Of a stretch of DNA of 64,000 nt, positions 1-9,900 are shown in pieces. Made by a program: the position numbers and the translations under genes. The notes under the pieces are model-generated. The model made no database searches. It worked only from the letters and a program-made list of their open reading frames with translations, and was not told the origin of the DNA. The DNA is taken from NCBI GenBank assembly GCA_963706575.1, contig CAVPNL010000004.1, positions 384,001 through 448,000 on the forward strand. Direction: 5' to 3'. Position 1 is the stretch's first letter. The number at the start of each line of letters is the position of its first letter. This DNA comes from an uncultured delta proteobacterium (GTDB lineage: Bacteria > Desulfobacterota > Desulfobacteria > Desulfobacterales > JAHEIW01).

Positions 1-341
1 CATTTGAGTTTTTCCAGCTTTTTGCGATCAGCACTGCGTTGTTCTTCCGATATAAAATAGCGCCGCTGCATTTTGCGCTGCCTATCATCGTAATAGAAAT
101 AAAAAGCGCCGTTTTCCCCAACGATACCATCCACCGGCCACATGCGTGCGATGTGATCACACCAACCCGCCGGCCGGCCGGTAATGGGAATCATGTAGAT
201 GCCCGCCTTTTTCAGATCCTCCATCGCTGCAAACACCACGGCCGGCAGGCGGCCGTCAAGGGTAAGCGTGTCATCGATATCCGCCAGAACATATCGGATG
301 TTTTTTTTGACCGCTTTGGGCATTTTTTCAATCGGTTTCAT
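1..341 (-). CDS. HAD-superfamily (IIB-like) hydrolase, 5' part only (runs off the window)
   Basis: Not in the ORF track. Hand translation from ATG at 341 gives MKPIEKMPKAVKKNIRYVLADIDDTLTLDG...ITGRPAGW...VGENGA, i.e. HAD motif I (DxDxT), motif II (TGR) and the Cof-type ENGA. Confidence 0.85.
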   Translation of the reverse strand, partial: MKPIEKMPKAVKKNIRYVLADIDDTLTLDGRLPAVVFAAMEDLKKAGIYMIPITGRPAGWCDHIARMWPVDGIVGENGAFYFYYDDRQRKMQRRYFISEEQRSADRKKLEKLK

Positions 342-513
342 TTTCTACCCCTGAACCATTTTTAGGATCGCTTCTTTAAATGTTGCTTACCGATGTGTCG
401 TTAAGCTTGTCAATAATAAATCAATCAAATTCCTATGAAGGGAGCCTTAACAAATAATAATGATTAAAAAATAATCTGCTTATCTGGAAAGCCCAAGTTC
501 CATTAAATAAACC

Positions 514-533
514 CTCTGTGGGAGCGGCTTCCA
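514..533. repeat. Isolated half of a GTGG-type REP
   Basis: ctctgtgggagcggcttcca is identical over 20 bp to 56789-56808. Confidence 0.65.
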
Positions 534-665
534 CATTCAATATCACTTTTTCTTTCCGGATAACCAGAAAAATAATTTTTGGAGCTTTTTGTTTCCAATC
601 CAAAAAAAAGTATTATATTATCTAGTTTCCTAATGTTGTGTTCTGCAAATAAGTTACAAAACGAT

Positions 666-732
666 CGTCATTCCCGCGCAGGCGGGAGTCCAGTTCAAGG
701 ACGCCTGGATTCCCGCCTGCGCGGGAATGACG
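666..732. repeat. 67-bp palindromic repeat (ATTCCC-N8-GGGAAT, dRS3/REP-like), copy 1
   Basis: cgtcattcccgcgcaggcgggagtccag...ctggattcccgcctgcgcgggaatgacg; near-identical inverted copy at 9901-9967. Confidence 0.9.
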
Positions 733-1956
733 AATGGAAGGAATACGATATTGAGAGAGGCGCTACTCACAGCAATGGAAGATGCCGTTCATGAAGTCAG
801 GAAGTGGCCGCAAAAGGAAGTCCGGATATTTCATCATAATGATTCCGACGGGCTCACCTCGGGAGCCATTCTTACAACAGCATTTGAAAGGGCCGGTTTT
901 AAGGTGCAACGCTCATGTTTGGAAAAACCATATCCGAAGTTATTGCACAAAATTTATGAGCAAACGGGTGGTTTAATCATATTCGCGGATTTCGCCGGCC
1001 GGATTGCACCCCTGCTCTCAGATTTAAACCGCAGCCGGAACCTCACCCTCATCTTGGACCATCATGTGGCCGAACCTGCCACCGACCCCATGGTGCACAA
1101 CCTGGATCCGGATTTATACGGGCTCAAGGGGGATCGCGACATATCCGGTTCCACAACCTGCTATCTCTTTGCCAAAGCCCTGGACCCTGCCAATAACGAT
1201 CTTGCTCATATTGCTGCCATCGGTGCGGTGGGAGATGAGTTTTTTGTGGATGGTTGTCTGGCCGGTGAAAATCGTGATGCCGCTGCCCAAGCCGTCAATC
1301 AGGGTAAACTGCAAATCCACAGACATGAAACCGGTGAGCGTTACTATTTAAATACAGCCAGTGGGACCGTCGCCTGTGACGAACTCGGTGCTTATCTGGA
1401 CACCCTGGGTGCCGCCGGCTATTATCAAAATGGACCGGACATGGGAATCCGGGTCTGTTTGGAGGGCACTTGTGCTGAATCAGACCGGATGCTCAAAAAG
1501 TTGCAGGCCATTCAAAATAAAGCCTTTGAGAATGAGATTTCAAAAATTCAGTCTGAAGGGTTGAAAAAAACGGCAAACATCCAGTGGTTCCATGTCGAGA
1601 ATCGATTTGCACCCATGGGCGTCAAAATGATCGGTGTATTCTGCGATGCCATCAAAAACTCCGATGCTGTCGATAAACACCGTTACGTTGCCGGCTTTCA
1701 AATCATTCCCAACGAAATCCCGGGGTTCGGGCCTATCGAATTCAATGAGGTCAAAATTTCCATGCGGGTATCTACTCAGATAGAGGTGCAAATCCGGACC
1801 AACAAAAAAATGGGGCTCAATATTTTATTGCCCGAGGCAACCAACAAACTCGGCGGCTTCTCTGATGCCTGCCATAGCTTGACAGCTGCCACAACCGTGG
1901 CCATCGGCAAAGAGGAAGCGTTGATTCAGGAAATGGAAAAAATACTCAGTGAGTAA
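727..1956 (+). CDS. DHH-family phosphoesterase (RecJ/NrnA-like)
   Basis: Motifs HHNDSDG, FADF, ILDHH and GAVGD; 409 aa. Start uncertain because the ATG lies inside the repeat. Confidence 0.8.
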   Translation: MTNGRNTILREALLTAMEDAVHEVRKWPQKEVRIFHHNDSDGLTSGAILTTAFERAGFKVQRSCLEKPYPKLLHKIYEQTGGLIIFADFAGRIAPLLSDLNRSRNLTLILDHHVAEPATDPMVHNLDPDLYGLKGDRDISGSTTCYLFAKALDPANNDLAHIAAIGAVGDEFFVDGCLAGENRDAAAQAVNQGKLQIHRHETGERYYLNTASGTVACDELGAYLDTLGAAGYYQNGPDMGIRVCLEGTCAESDRMLKKLQAIQNKAFENEISKIQSEGLKKTANIQWFHVENRFAPMGVKMIGVFCDAIKNSDAVDKHRYVAGFQIIPNEIPGFGPIEFNEVKISMRVSTQIEVQIRTNKKMGLNILLPEATNKLGGFSDACHSLTAATTVAIGKEEALIQEMEKILSE

Positions 1957-2017
1957 TTTCCTGCATTAACTATCAAATAATTCTGAATATTCGATATCTC
2001 AAAGCAATAATCTTAAT

Positions 2018-2138
2018 GTTGGAGGTTTGAGGTTAGAGGTTGGAGGCAAGAATAATTGAAGTTAAAAATTGATCCTTTTTTGCCTCAAACCTCAAGCGAA
2101 GCGCTCCTCAAGTGAAACGGTCCTTGAGCGAAGCGCTC
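2018..2138. repeat. Heptamer tandem-repeat hairpin (GTTnGAG)n ... (CTCAAnC)n with AAGCGAAGCGCTC motifs
   Basis: gttggag gtttgag gttagag gttggag ... cctcaaac ctcaagcgaagcgctc; related sequence at 60950-60990 and inverted at 62878-62976. Confidence 0.75.
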
Positions 2139-2233
2139 TTTTCTCCGTATTGCATATATGTGGTGAAAAATTATTCTTGAACTGTGGTTAGCAAGGTAGC
2201 GTATGTACAACTTACGAAACAAAGGAGAAAACT

Positions 2234-3172
2234 ATGGGCAAAGGATCGGCGTTTGGAAAGACCATACTGATTGGAGATGCATTTGTGTTAAGAGAGGTTC
2301 CCGCCATTGTCTCTTCCATACCGTTTGAAACCGAGTGCGTCGTTCAACGATTGGATGAAGGGCAGGGCTGGATATTGGAGGACAACCGAACGGAAGTCCC
2401 GGGATACAAGGAAAAGAAAAAGGACCAACAGGTCGACTCCATCAACCGAATTCTTGAGGTGATGAACGTCGATGCGCAAAAAAATCCCATTAAAATCACC
2501 TATGGCGGATCGCTGTTGGCCGGCAGCGGCGTTGGTGCCAGTGCGGCAAGCTGTGTTTCGCTGGCCCGGGCCCTGAACGATGAGTTTAATCTAAATCTTT
2601 CCATTGAAGAAATTAATCATATCGGCTGGGAAGGCGAATTCGCCTATCACGGAATCCCCAGCGGTGTTGACAATACCGCTTCGACATACGGCGGGTTGAT
2701 CCTGTATCATATCAAGAATGAACAAACGAACTGGGAGCACATTAATCTAAGAGAACCCGTCGAAGTGGTATTGGGCAACAGCGGCGTGACGGCCGACACC
2801 TCAAAACTGGACGCGCATGTTGAGGCCCAGGAGGAAAAAGAGCCGGATTTGTTTAGCCAGCGCCTGCAAACTGTCAGCGATCAGGCACTTGAAATGAAAA
2901 AAGCCTTAGAGGATTACAACCTGGAAAAAGTGGGCCAGATCATGACCGCCAACCATAAAATTCTGATTGAGATGGATCTTTCCCATGAGACGCTGATTTA
3001 CCTGTGCGACAGGGCGATTGCACTCGGTGCTTTAGGTGCCAAAGTCACCGGTGGCGGCCGGGGCGGTTACATGAGTGCCCTGACCCCCGGCAAAGACCTC
3101 CAGGAAGTCGTGGCAAAAACCTTCGAAGATGAAGGCTATAAAGTTATCAGGGCCACAATCGGCGGAAGCTGA
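2234..3172 (+). CDS. mvk: Mevalonate kinase (GHMP kinase family)
   Basis: GKTILIGD, ATP loop LAGSGVGASAA, E..YHGIPSGVDN, GAKVTGGGRGG; RBS aaggag. Confidence 0.75.
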   Translation: MGKGSAFGKTILIGDAFVLREVPAIVSSIPFETECVVQRLDEGQGWILEDNRTEVPGYKEKKKDQQVDSINRILEVMNVDAQKNPIKITYGGSLLAGSGVGASAASCVSLARALNDEFNLNLSIEEINHIGWEGEFAYHGIPSGVDNTASTYGGLILYHIKNEQTNWEHINLREPVEVVLGNSGVTADTSKLDAHVEAQEEKEPDLFSQRLQTVSDQALEMKKALEDYNLEKVGQIMTANHKILIEMDLSHETLIYLCDRAIALGALGAKVTGGGRGGYMSALTPGKDLQEVVAKTFEDEGYKVIRATIGGS

Positions 3173-3226
3173 TGGGAGTAACTATCCCCCAGTTTCTCAA
3201 GATCTGATGCAGTTCACGAATATACC

Positions 3227-3420
3227 TAGAACCCATCTCAAAAATGTCTTTTGGCCCAATATCTTTGTTGGTGCCTCACTTCAAATCCTCGACATACAAC
3301 AGTATGCCTCCGGTTTCGACCCACAAACATTATAGGATCAGGCGGGAAGTCCCGCACAGCGGGGAAAACTCGGCCCCGCCGCGATCTTGAACCAAAATCC
3401 TATTTTTGAGACGGGTTCTA
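3227..3420. mobile_element. 194-bp MITE, copy 1
   Basis: Terminal inverted repeats TAGAACCCATCTCAAAAAT / ATTTTTGAGACGGGTTCTA; non-coding; second 194-bp copy inverted at 45369-45562. Confidence 0.88.
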
Positions 3421-4389
3421 TTATCCCTCCGCCTCCTTTTCGAGCTCATCCAGTCTGTCAGGCTCCGAAACAGCAATGTCCACAAGGCTCTTGGGGATGG
3501 AACTCTGCTCGCACATAACTCTGATTTCTTTCTCCTGATCGCTGAATTCCATGATTTCGCGAATGGCCTCGATGTGTGCGAGCATCTCATCCGGCGGAAT
3601 TTCTTCCAGCGCAGGTCCTGCAGCCGCTGCCTTTTTCTTTGCGGCCGCCTCTTCTTCCAGCCTTTGTTTTTCCTTTAGCTCCGCTTCCATTGCCTGTTTG
3701 ACACTATTGATCGCGTCCTGGTCAACTTTCGCCATCTCGATTATCAATTGTTCGGAGACGTCTTTCTCAAAAAGGTGCTTGACCTTTTCTTCGGTGGACT
3801 TGCCTTCTACGGCCTCGAGCAGCTTGGCTACTCTTTTCCTCTCAGCGCGTTCCTTTTCCACCTCGGTGTTCACCTGGTCCAACTTCTCCGCGGTAATGTC
3901 CAACCCGCTGGTGATCACTTCGGGATCCACTTTTTCCTCAATGAGCAATCGGATACCTTCATCGTCGGGCAGGTCTTTTGCCTTGGCAATCAGCAGATCG
4001 AGTTTTGTCTTCTCGACAATCTGTATGACATCCGCTCTGCGCTCGGATCTTTTGAGTTTGGGCCATGCCTTTCCGATGTCTCCGATGAGCTTATCGGTTG
4101 CAAGATAAGGGTCAGCCACGTCCTCCAGTGTAAGTGCCTCGATCGCAGTCTTGAAATCCTGCATAAGGGGCCTTCCGACTTTGTGCGCTTCATTCATTGC
4201 CCATCTCAATTGAAGCATGTTGCCCCCATGACGCGAAACATTGTAGCCCGCATTGTCAAGTTCACCCGCCATCCGTTGAATCGATGCTTCCAGGTTTTCC
4301 CCTGAGAGGCCCTGCGAGTCGAGCTCAAGGATATTCTCCTCGATTGACAACCAGAGAGGCTTTTTTTCTGCTGAGTCGCTTGTCGCCAT
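3421..4389 (-). CDS. Hypothetical acidic, helical protein
   Basis: 322-aa ORF with RBS aggag, Glu/Lys/Ala-rich, no motif recognised. Confidence 0.8.
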   Translation of the reverse strand: MATSDSAEKKPLWLSIEENILELDSQGLSGENLEASIQRMAGELDNAGYNVSRHGGNMLQLRWAMNEAHKVGRPLMQDFKTAIEALTLEDVADPYLATDKLIGDIGKAWPKLKRSERRADVIQIVEKTKLDLLIAKAKDLPDDEGIRLLIEEKVDPEVITSGLDITAEKLDQVNTEVEKERAERKRVAKLLEAVEGKSTEEKVKHLFEKDVSEQLIIEMAKVDQDAINSVKQAMEAELKEKQRLEEEAAAKKKAAAAGPALEEIPPDEMLAHIEAIREIMEFSDQEKEIRVMCEQSSIPKSLVDIAVSEPDRLDELEKEAEG

Positions 4390-4642
4390 TTTCCATTCTC
4401 CTTTTTAATGTTTTATACCGGTAATAGATGCGCCGTCCGAATTTCTCCGAAACAGTGTTTTTGATTCCCTCTGGAATAAAAATAAGTTGATAAGAACCTG
4501 CATTTCCAGGAAAAGACCATAAGATTATAGAGAAGCATCCATATGAGTCAAGGAAAAAAATACAACTTATATAGAGCGTCAGACCGGCCTGCACTCATGG
4601 CCACCCGCGCACTGCAGAACTCGCCTGTTTTTGTTGCCCCCT

Positions 4643-5497
4643 TCATTCAGATTTGCGGCTGAAGTAAAGATTGGCCAGAGCAACCAGTGATGTGCCCACG
4701 ATCAGCAAAAAAGAGATCGCATTGATCACCGGCGTGCTGCCGTCTCTGACCTGAAGATACAGGTTAATCGGCAGTGTCGCCTCGTAGCCCACCAGAAAAA
4801 GCGTGGTGTTAAAATTCTCAAAGGACATCAGGAAAGCGATTGCTCCCGCCCCGATAATGGCCGGCCTTAAAAACTTCAGCGTGATATGCCAGATCACCTC
4901 GAAACGGTTGGCCCCCAAGTTCAGAGCCGCTTCTTCCAAAGTGCGGTCAAATTTCCTCAGGCGTGCGGACACCACCAGTGTGACCAATGTGGCAATGAAT
5001 GAAAACTGGCCCAGGACGACCAGCCAGAATCCGGGGCGAAATAACTCCACATCAATGTTCCAGCTCGTCTCGAAATAGGTGCCCAGCGTATTGCTGAGCA
5101 GCAGGATCGAAATTCCCAGAATCACTCCCGGAATGACCAGCGGCGCGAGCATCAGAAAATAAAGCAGCTGTTTAAAACGAAAATCTTCCTGCTCGAATAG
5201 AAAGGCGGCACAGGTTCCCACCGCCATCGACAGCAAGGTCACAAAAAAGGCCACCCGGAAACTTACCCAGATGCTGTCCAGGTTGATCTGATCGTGAAAA
5301 ATTCCAACCCGGGATGGTAAATCGGCCGTAAACCATTCCACCGTAAATCCCTGCCAGGGTAAAGACGGAAACTGGGAATTGTTAAATGCCAGGACGCAGG
5401 TCACCAGCAGCGGTGCAAACAGGAAGGCAAAATATAGAATCACATAGAATTTAAAAACCCGATTGTAGGTTTTTGAGGTTGGCAGTGTTCGTATCAT
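4643..5497 (-). CDS. potC: Polyamine-type ABC transporter permease (PotC-like)
   Basis: Hydrophobic, EAA loop LEEAALNLGA, overlaps the upstream permease (ATGA). Confidence 0.85.
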   Translation of the reverse strand: MIRTLPTSKTYNRVFKFYVILYFAFLFAPLLVTCVLAFNNSQFPSLPWQGFTVEWFTADLPSRVGIFHDQINLDSIWVSFRVAFFVTLLSMAVGTCAAFLFEQEDFRFKQLLYFLMLAPLVIPGVILGISILLLSNTLGTYFETSWNIDVELFRPGFWLVVLGQFSFIATLVTLVVSARLRKFDRTLEEAALNLGANRFEVIWHITLKFLRPAIIGAGAIAFLMSFENFNTTLFLVGYEATLPINLYLQVRDGSTPVINAISFLLIVGTSLVALANLYFSRKSE

Positions 5498-6351
5498 TGC
5501 ACGACTTTTTTAAGGTTTTGTCGGGTCAGCTTTAATCCCAGCCAGACGATAATGGATGAAAGAACCAATAACAGAAACCCGAAGGCTGATCCCTGGTTCC
5601 AGTTAAAACTGGCAATAAACTGGTTGTAAATCTGTTCCGTAAACCACAAAGAGTTCTTGCCGCCCATCAGATTGGAGGTGAGATAATTACCCAGCGTCAG
5701 CATAAAAACGACGATCGAACCGGATACAATCCCCGGGGTGGCATGCGGAATGATAATTTTGAACAAAATGGTCCACATATTGGCACCCAGATCATAAGCC
5801 GCCTCCACAAGGCTGTTGTCGAGGCTTTCCAGTACCGAAATAATCGGAACCACCATAAAAAGCATGGACGTGTAAACCAGGCCCAGGATCATAGTGGAAT
5901 CTCTATAAAGCATTTCGACGGGCTGTCCCAGAATCCCCACTTTGGTCAGAAAATGATTGATGACGCCGCTTTCTCGCAACAAAATCATCCAGCCGTAAAC
6001 CCGCACCAGCTCGCTGACCCAGAATGGAAGCAAGAGTAGAACCAGCAAAAATCCCTGGAATTTTGGCGCCACCACTTTGGTAATGAAAAAGGCAACCGGA
6101 AGGGCGATGACAAAGGTCAGAAAGGTGACCAGAATAGAATAAATCGCCGTACGCACAAATGTCAGCCAGTAAATGGGTTCTTCAAAAAAATTTAAATAAT
6201 TTGAGAGGCTCCAGACCATCCGGCCTTCGTCATTTTCCAAACGAAAAGACATGACCAGCAAGTCGATCTGAGGCAAAACGATCAGAAGAACCAGCCAGAG
6301 CAAAACCGGTGATAAGAAAAAAAACAACCCCCATCGTTTTTGATTCTTCAT
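5494..6351 (-). CDS. potB: Polyamine-type ABC transporter permease (PotB-like)
   Basis: LLPFWVSELVRVYGW and LVEAAYDLGA motifs. Confidence 0.85.
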   Translation of the reverse strand: MKNQKRWGLFFFLSPVLLWLVLLIVLPQIDLLVMSFRLENDEGRMVWSLSNYLNFFEEPIYWLTFVRTAIYSILVTFLTFVIALPVAFFITKVVAPKFQGFLLVLLLLPFWVSELVRVYGWMILLRESGVINHFLTKVGILGQPVEMLYRDSTMILGLVYTSMLFMVVPIISVLESLDNSLVEAAYDLGANMWTILFKIIIPHATPGIVSGSIVVFMLTLGNYLTSNLMGGKNSLWFTEQIYNQFIASFNWNQGSAFGFLLLVLSSIIVWLGLKLTRQNLKKVVQ

Positions 6352-6371
6352 GGTAATAAATCCCGGTTGAA

Positions 6372-6540
6372 AGGTTCAGGGTTCAGGGTTCCGAGGTAGG
6401 GCGGGCCTCTGCGCCCGCCGTTCAGAGGTCGGCACGGAGGCCGACCCTACTCGTGTGTGCCATCTGTGTTCTTTTATTCAACCTTTGAACGCTGAACCAT
6501 GAACCATGAACCTCTGAGCCCTTGAACCTCTGAACCTGTT
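6372..6540. repeat. Composite element: (GGTTCAG)n/(TGAACC)n heptamer arms enclosing a GTAG-type REP doublet (6396-6450)
   Basis: ggttcagggttcagggttc-gtagggcgggcctctgcgcccgcc..tcggcacggaggccgaccctac-...tgaaccatgaaccatgaacctctgagcccttgaacctctgaacc. Confidence 0.8.
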
Positions 6541-6543
6541 CAC

Positions 6544-7647
6544 TCAGTCCTGATTGTCCTTTCTGGGAAAGCAGATTCCGGACTGTTGGTCCCATCCTAT
6601 TTCAATTTTATCGTTTTTCTGTATGTAATCATATTGGTGTGTCTGAGGTAAAGCGACGAGTAACTCCGTATCGGCATCAAGCGGATGGGCCAGCAGCCGG
6701 CTGTTGGCGCCGTCAAATAGAATATCCTTGACGATTACCTCAAATCGATTCAGATCGGAAAGGCCCGGATCAGGTTGAATCAGCATGGCTTCCGGCCGCA
6801 GAAAAAGATCGACTTCGGCTCCGGACTGCAGATCCTCTCGAACCTTGGTGCGAAATACCGGCCCCTCGGTGGTCTCGACTTCAGCGCGGTTATCTTTGCA
6901 TTGGCGGATCCGACCGGACCAGGCATTGTTATCTCCGACAAACTGAGCCACAAAAGGGGTTTCCGGGTTGTTGTATAAAACCTGAGGCGTGTCGATCTGT
7001 TCGAATACTCCCCTGTTCATCACCGCCACATGATCCGACATCACCAGGGCTTCGGATTGGTCATGGGTAATATAGACAAAGGTGGTGCCGACTTTGGCCT
7101 GCAATTTTTTCAACTCAACCTTCATCTGTTCTCTGAGTTTCAGATCCAGGGCGCCCAGGGGCTCATCTAATAATAAAACCGCCGGTTCCAGCACCAGGCA
7201 TCTGGCGATGGCCACGCGCTGTTTCTGACCGCCCGAGAGCTGGTCAACTTTTTTGTCCCCGAATCCAACCAGGTCCACCCGCTCTAAAATGGTGGTCACT
7301 TTTTCGTTAATGACCGCCTTACTATCGCCACGTCGCTTTAACCCAAATGCAATATTCTCCCCGACGTTCATCATCGGAAAGAGGGCCAGATGCTGGAATA
7401 TCAGGTTTACCGGCCGTTTATTCGGCGGAATGCCGAGCATGCTTTGGCCCCGAATCTCGATGTTGCCCGCCGTCGGCTCGGTAAGGCCGGCAATCATGCG
7501 AAGCAAAGTGGTTTTCCCGCAACCTGAAGGGCCCAGAATAGAAAAAAACTGACCATCAGGGACCTCAAACGATACATTGTCAACTGCCATGAAGTCTTTA
7601 AACTTCTTGGTGACATTTTTAACCGCCAGATCGATCTGCATATGCAT
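6544..7647 (-). CDS. potA: Polyamine-type ABC transporter ATPase (PotA-like)
   Basis: Walker A GPSGCGKT, LSGGQKQR, LLLDEP, C-terminal TOBE-like region. Confidence 0.9.
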   Translation of the reverse strand: MHMQIDLAVKNVTKKFKDFMAVDNVSFEVPDGQFFSILGPSGCGKTTLLRMIAGLTEPTAGNIEIRGQSMLGIPPNKRPVNLIFQHLALFPMMNVGENIAFGLKRRGDSKAVINEKVTTILERVDLVGFGDKKVDQLSGGQKQRVAIARCLVLEPAVLLLDEPLGALDLKLREQMKVELKKLQAKVGTTFVYITHDQSEALVMSDHVAVMNRGVFEQIDTPQVLYNNPETPFVAQFVGDNNAWSGRIRQCKDNRAEVETTEGPVFRTKVREDLQSGAEVDLFLRPEAMLIQPDPGLSDLNRFEVIVKDILFDGANSRLLAHPLDADTELLVALPQTHQYDYIQKNDKIEIGWDQQSGICFPRKDNQD

Positions 7648-7682
7648 CCTAAGGTAAATGACTATTTTCGGTAAGAGGAGAA

Positions 7683-7717
7683 AGGGGGCTTTCCAGCAGG
7701 TACCAGAAAAGCCCCCT
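7683..7717 (-). terminator. Stem-loop between the SBP and ATPase genes (attenuating or stabilising)
   Basis: agggggcttt...aaagccccct inverted repeat. Confidence 0.55.
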
Positions 7718-7769
7718 ATTTCAGATTCTTGGTTTGGTGATTAAATTCGCTTTTCGCTCTTCTGGATGT

Positions 7770-8840
7770 TTATTTGGCCGCTTTGACCTTATCCAAAATC
7801 TTGCCTTCGATTCCTTCTATCTTCGCCGGAACCGGAGGATACCATTTAATATTCTCGATATTTGCCGGGGAAAAACTGCGCTCAAAGTTGGCGCGAATGT
7901 CAGCTTTCACGAATTGGTTCGCGCCTTTGGAACAGTTTGCCGTTGTATCCGAATTGGTAAATTCCGCAGCGTTTTCCGGACGCATTATGAAATTGATCCA
8001 TTTGTATGCGCCCTCCACATTTTTCGACTTCGCAGGAATGGCAAAGGTATCAATCCACCCAAGTGCACCGCTTTTGGGCGCAAAAAAGTCAATTTCCGGG
8101 TTTTGAGCATGCACTTTCCAGCCGCCTTTATCCCAGGCCATGGCCAGATGAACCTCTCCGGTCATTAACGCTTGTAATAAAGCATCCCCGTTGGTCCAAT
8201 AATTCTTAACTAGACCTTTGGCGTCAATCAGGGCCTGTCCGACCTTTTCCATCAGCGCCTCATAAGCATTCGCATCTGCGTATTTCGCAAAGGGATCATC
8301 TCCCATGGCAAAAGCCAGCGCTATCAAGGTCGGTCTTTTGAGTCGATAACTGATTCTGCCGGCATACTTTTTGTTCAGCAAGTCATTATAATCCTGGACG
8401 TCGGGCGCAAGTTTTCTATTGACAACAAGTCCGGAAGACCCCCAGCAGAAAGGCACGGCATGCGGTTTGCCGCCGACCATCGTGTTATTCTTGACAGCCT
8501 CGAGCATAGAGGGAAAAAATTGATCGGCTTTAATTTTGGACAGATCGATCGGCTGGTAAATGTTAAACTTTTCCTGAACCGAAGAAATACGATCCTGGCT
8601 GGGCTGGGCCAGATCGAAACCGGCGCCGCGGGTCGCGCGCAATTTGGCAATCATTTCTTCATTGCTCGAATTTGTTGGCATGACTTTAATTCCGGTTTCT
8701 TTCTCGAACTTATCGAGCAGAACCTTAGGTGTATATCCGGACCAGGTAATTAAGCGCAAAGTCTCTGCGGCATAGGCACCACCCACAACCGAAAATAGAA
8801 ATGCAAAAATCAAGCATAGAATAAAAATTGTTCTTTTCAT
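7770..8840 (-). CDS. potD: Polyamine-type ABC substrate-binding protein (PotD/PotF-like)
   Basis: Signal peptide MKRTIF...AYA, LITWSGY, SNEEMIAKL, WIDTFAIP; ATG at 8840 with RBS aggagg. Confidence 0.8.
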   Translation of the reverse strand: MKRTIFILCLIFAFLFSVVGGAYAAETLRLITWSGYTPKVLLDKFEKETGIKVMPTNSSNEEMIAKLRATRGAGFDLAQPSQDRISSVQEKFNIYQPIDLSKIKADQFFPSMLEAVKNNTMVGGKPHAVPFCWGSSGLVVNRKLAPDVQDYNDLLNKKYAGRISYRLKRPTLIALAFAMGDDPFAKYADANAYEALMEKVGQALIDAKGLVKNYWTNGDALLQALMTGEVHLAMAWDKGGWKVHAQNPEIDFFAPKSGALGWIDTFAIPAKSKNVEGAYKWINFIMRPENAAEFTNSDTTANCSKGANQFVKADIRANFERSFSPANIENIKWYPPVPAKIEGIEGKILDKVKAAK

Positions 8841-9152
8841 GTTGAGTGTCCTCCTTTCGATTTGATTAATCTGATAAAAAAATGGGGCCATCTAATTAAA
8901 TCATCCCCACTGATAAGAAATGAAAATAACGACAAAATGCGGAATCGATGAAGACTGAATTACTGATTCATCCCCAATTAAAACAGCAATCCACTGATCG
9001 GTTGAAAAGAATATTCGAATGAAGCCTGCTACTTTTGTATATAAGTTGTATTAATCGGTTATGTCGGCTATTTAGAAAGGAACCCGTATTGGGGCCGGCT
9101 GCAGTTCAAAAAACCAAGTTTTGGGTAAAAAGTCAATCGGTATGTTTAAAAA

Positions 9153-9836
9153 ATGAAAAAGCTTACCATCATCTGGGATTTTGACGGAACCATTCTGTCC
9201 CTTGCGCCTTTGGACAGCGAGCAGTCATTATTGCAATACCGGATGAATCAGCCGGAGAAACGGTTCGGTTTGCTGAAAAAAGCGTATGTGAAAGCCATCA
9301 TTTATGCTGATCAACACGAGCGGATGCGCAGGGTCTTTAAAAAATCCTACATCCGGTTGTTAAAAGGCACGCCAACCAGGATGTTAGAGGACGTCTGCCG
9401 CGATCTGGCTGAAAACATTTCAACGGCGGACCGCAGGGTGTTTTGGAAATTAAAAGCGGATGGATATGACATGATAATACTGAGCTGCGGCACTGCCGAT
9501 TTAAGCGAGCGTATCTTAAGATTTGCCGGGCTTTTTGATTGTTTTAGCCGGATCGCGGGCAACCGTTTTCAGTTTGATGCCGATCGAATTGTCGGAATGC
9601 AGCTGCGACTTCCGAATCCGGAGGATAAGCTGACCATGGCCAAAAAGTTAAATTTGTCACCGGATCAAACGATGGTGGTCGGAGACGGTTATACCGATCT
9701 GCCGCTTTTAAATTGGGCCTCGATTCCGGTTATCGTGGACCGCAGCGGCCACAAAAAAAAACAATTTACCTCCCATAATTTTTATTTTATATCCTCAATT
9801 CCGGAAATAATGAATATCATCGAAAAAAAAACGTAA
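9153..9836 (+). CDS. HAD-superfamily hydrolase (IB/phosphoserine-phosphatase-like)
   Basis: WDFDGT, LSCG, K, VGDGYTD motifs. Confidence 0.8.
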   Translation: MKKLTIIWDFDGTILSLAPLDSEQSLLQYRMNQPEKRFGLLKKAYVKAIIYADQHERMRRVFKKSYIRLLKGTPTRMLEDVCRDLAENISTADRRVFWKLKADGYDMIILSCGTADLSERILRFAGLFDCFSRIAGNRFQFDADRIVGMQLRLPNPEDKLTMAKKLNLSPDQTMVVGDGYTDLPLLNWASIPVIVDRSGHKKKQFTSHNFYFISSIPEIMNIIEKKT

Positions 9837-9900
9837 AATAGTGCGGTGCCCCAAAAATATATTCTAAAATATTTTTGGGTACTGAAGCCTGTTACCCACA

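Noticed and set aside
39..365. 108-aa plus-strand ORF
   Set aside because: Antisense shadow of the minus-strand HAD gene.
579..794. 71-aa ORF containing LDSRLRGND (also 9782-10006)
   Set aside because: The peptide is simply the translation of the palindromic repeat; no RBS or other coding support.
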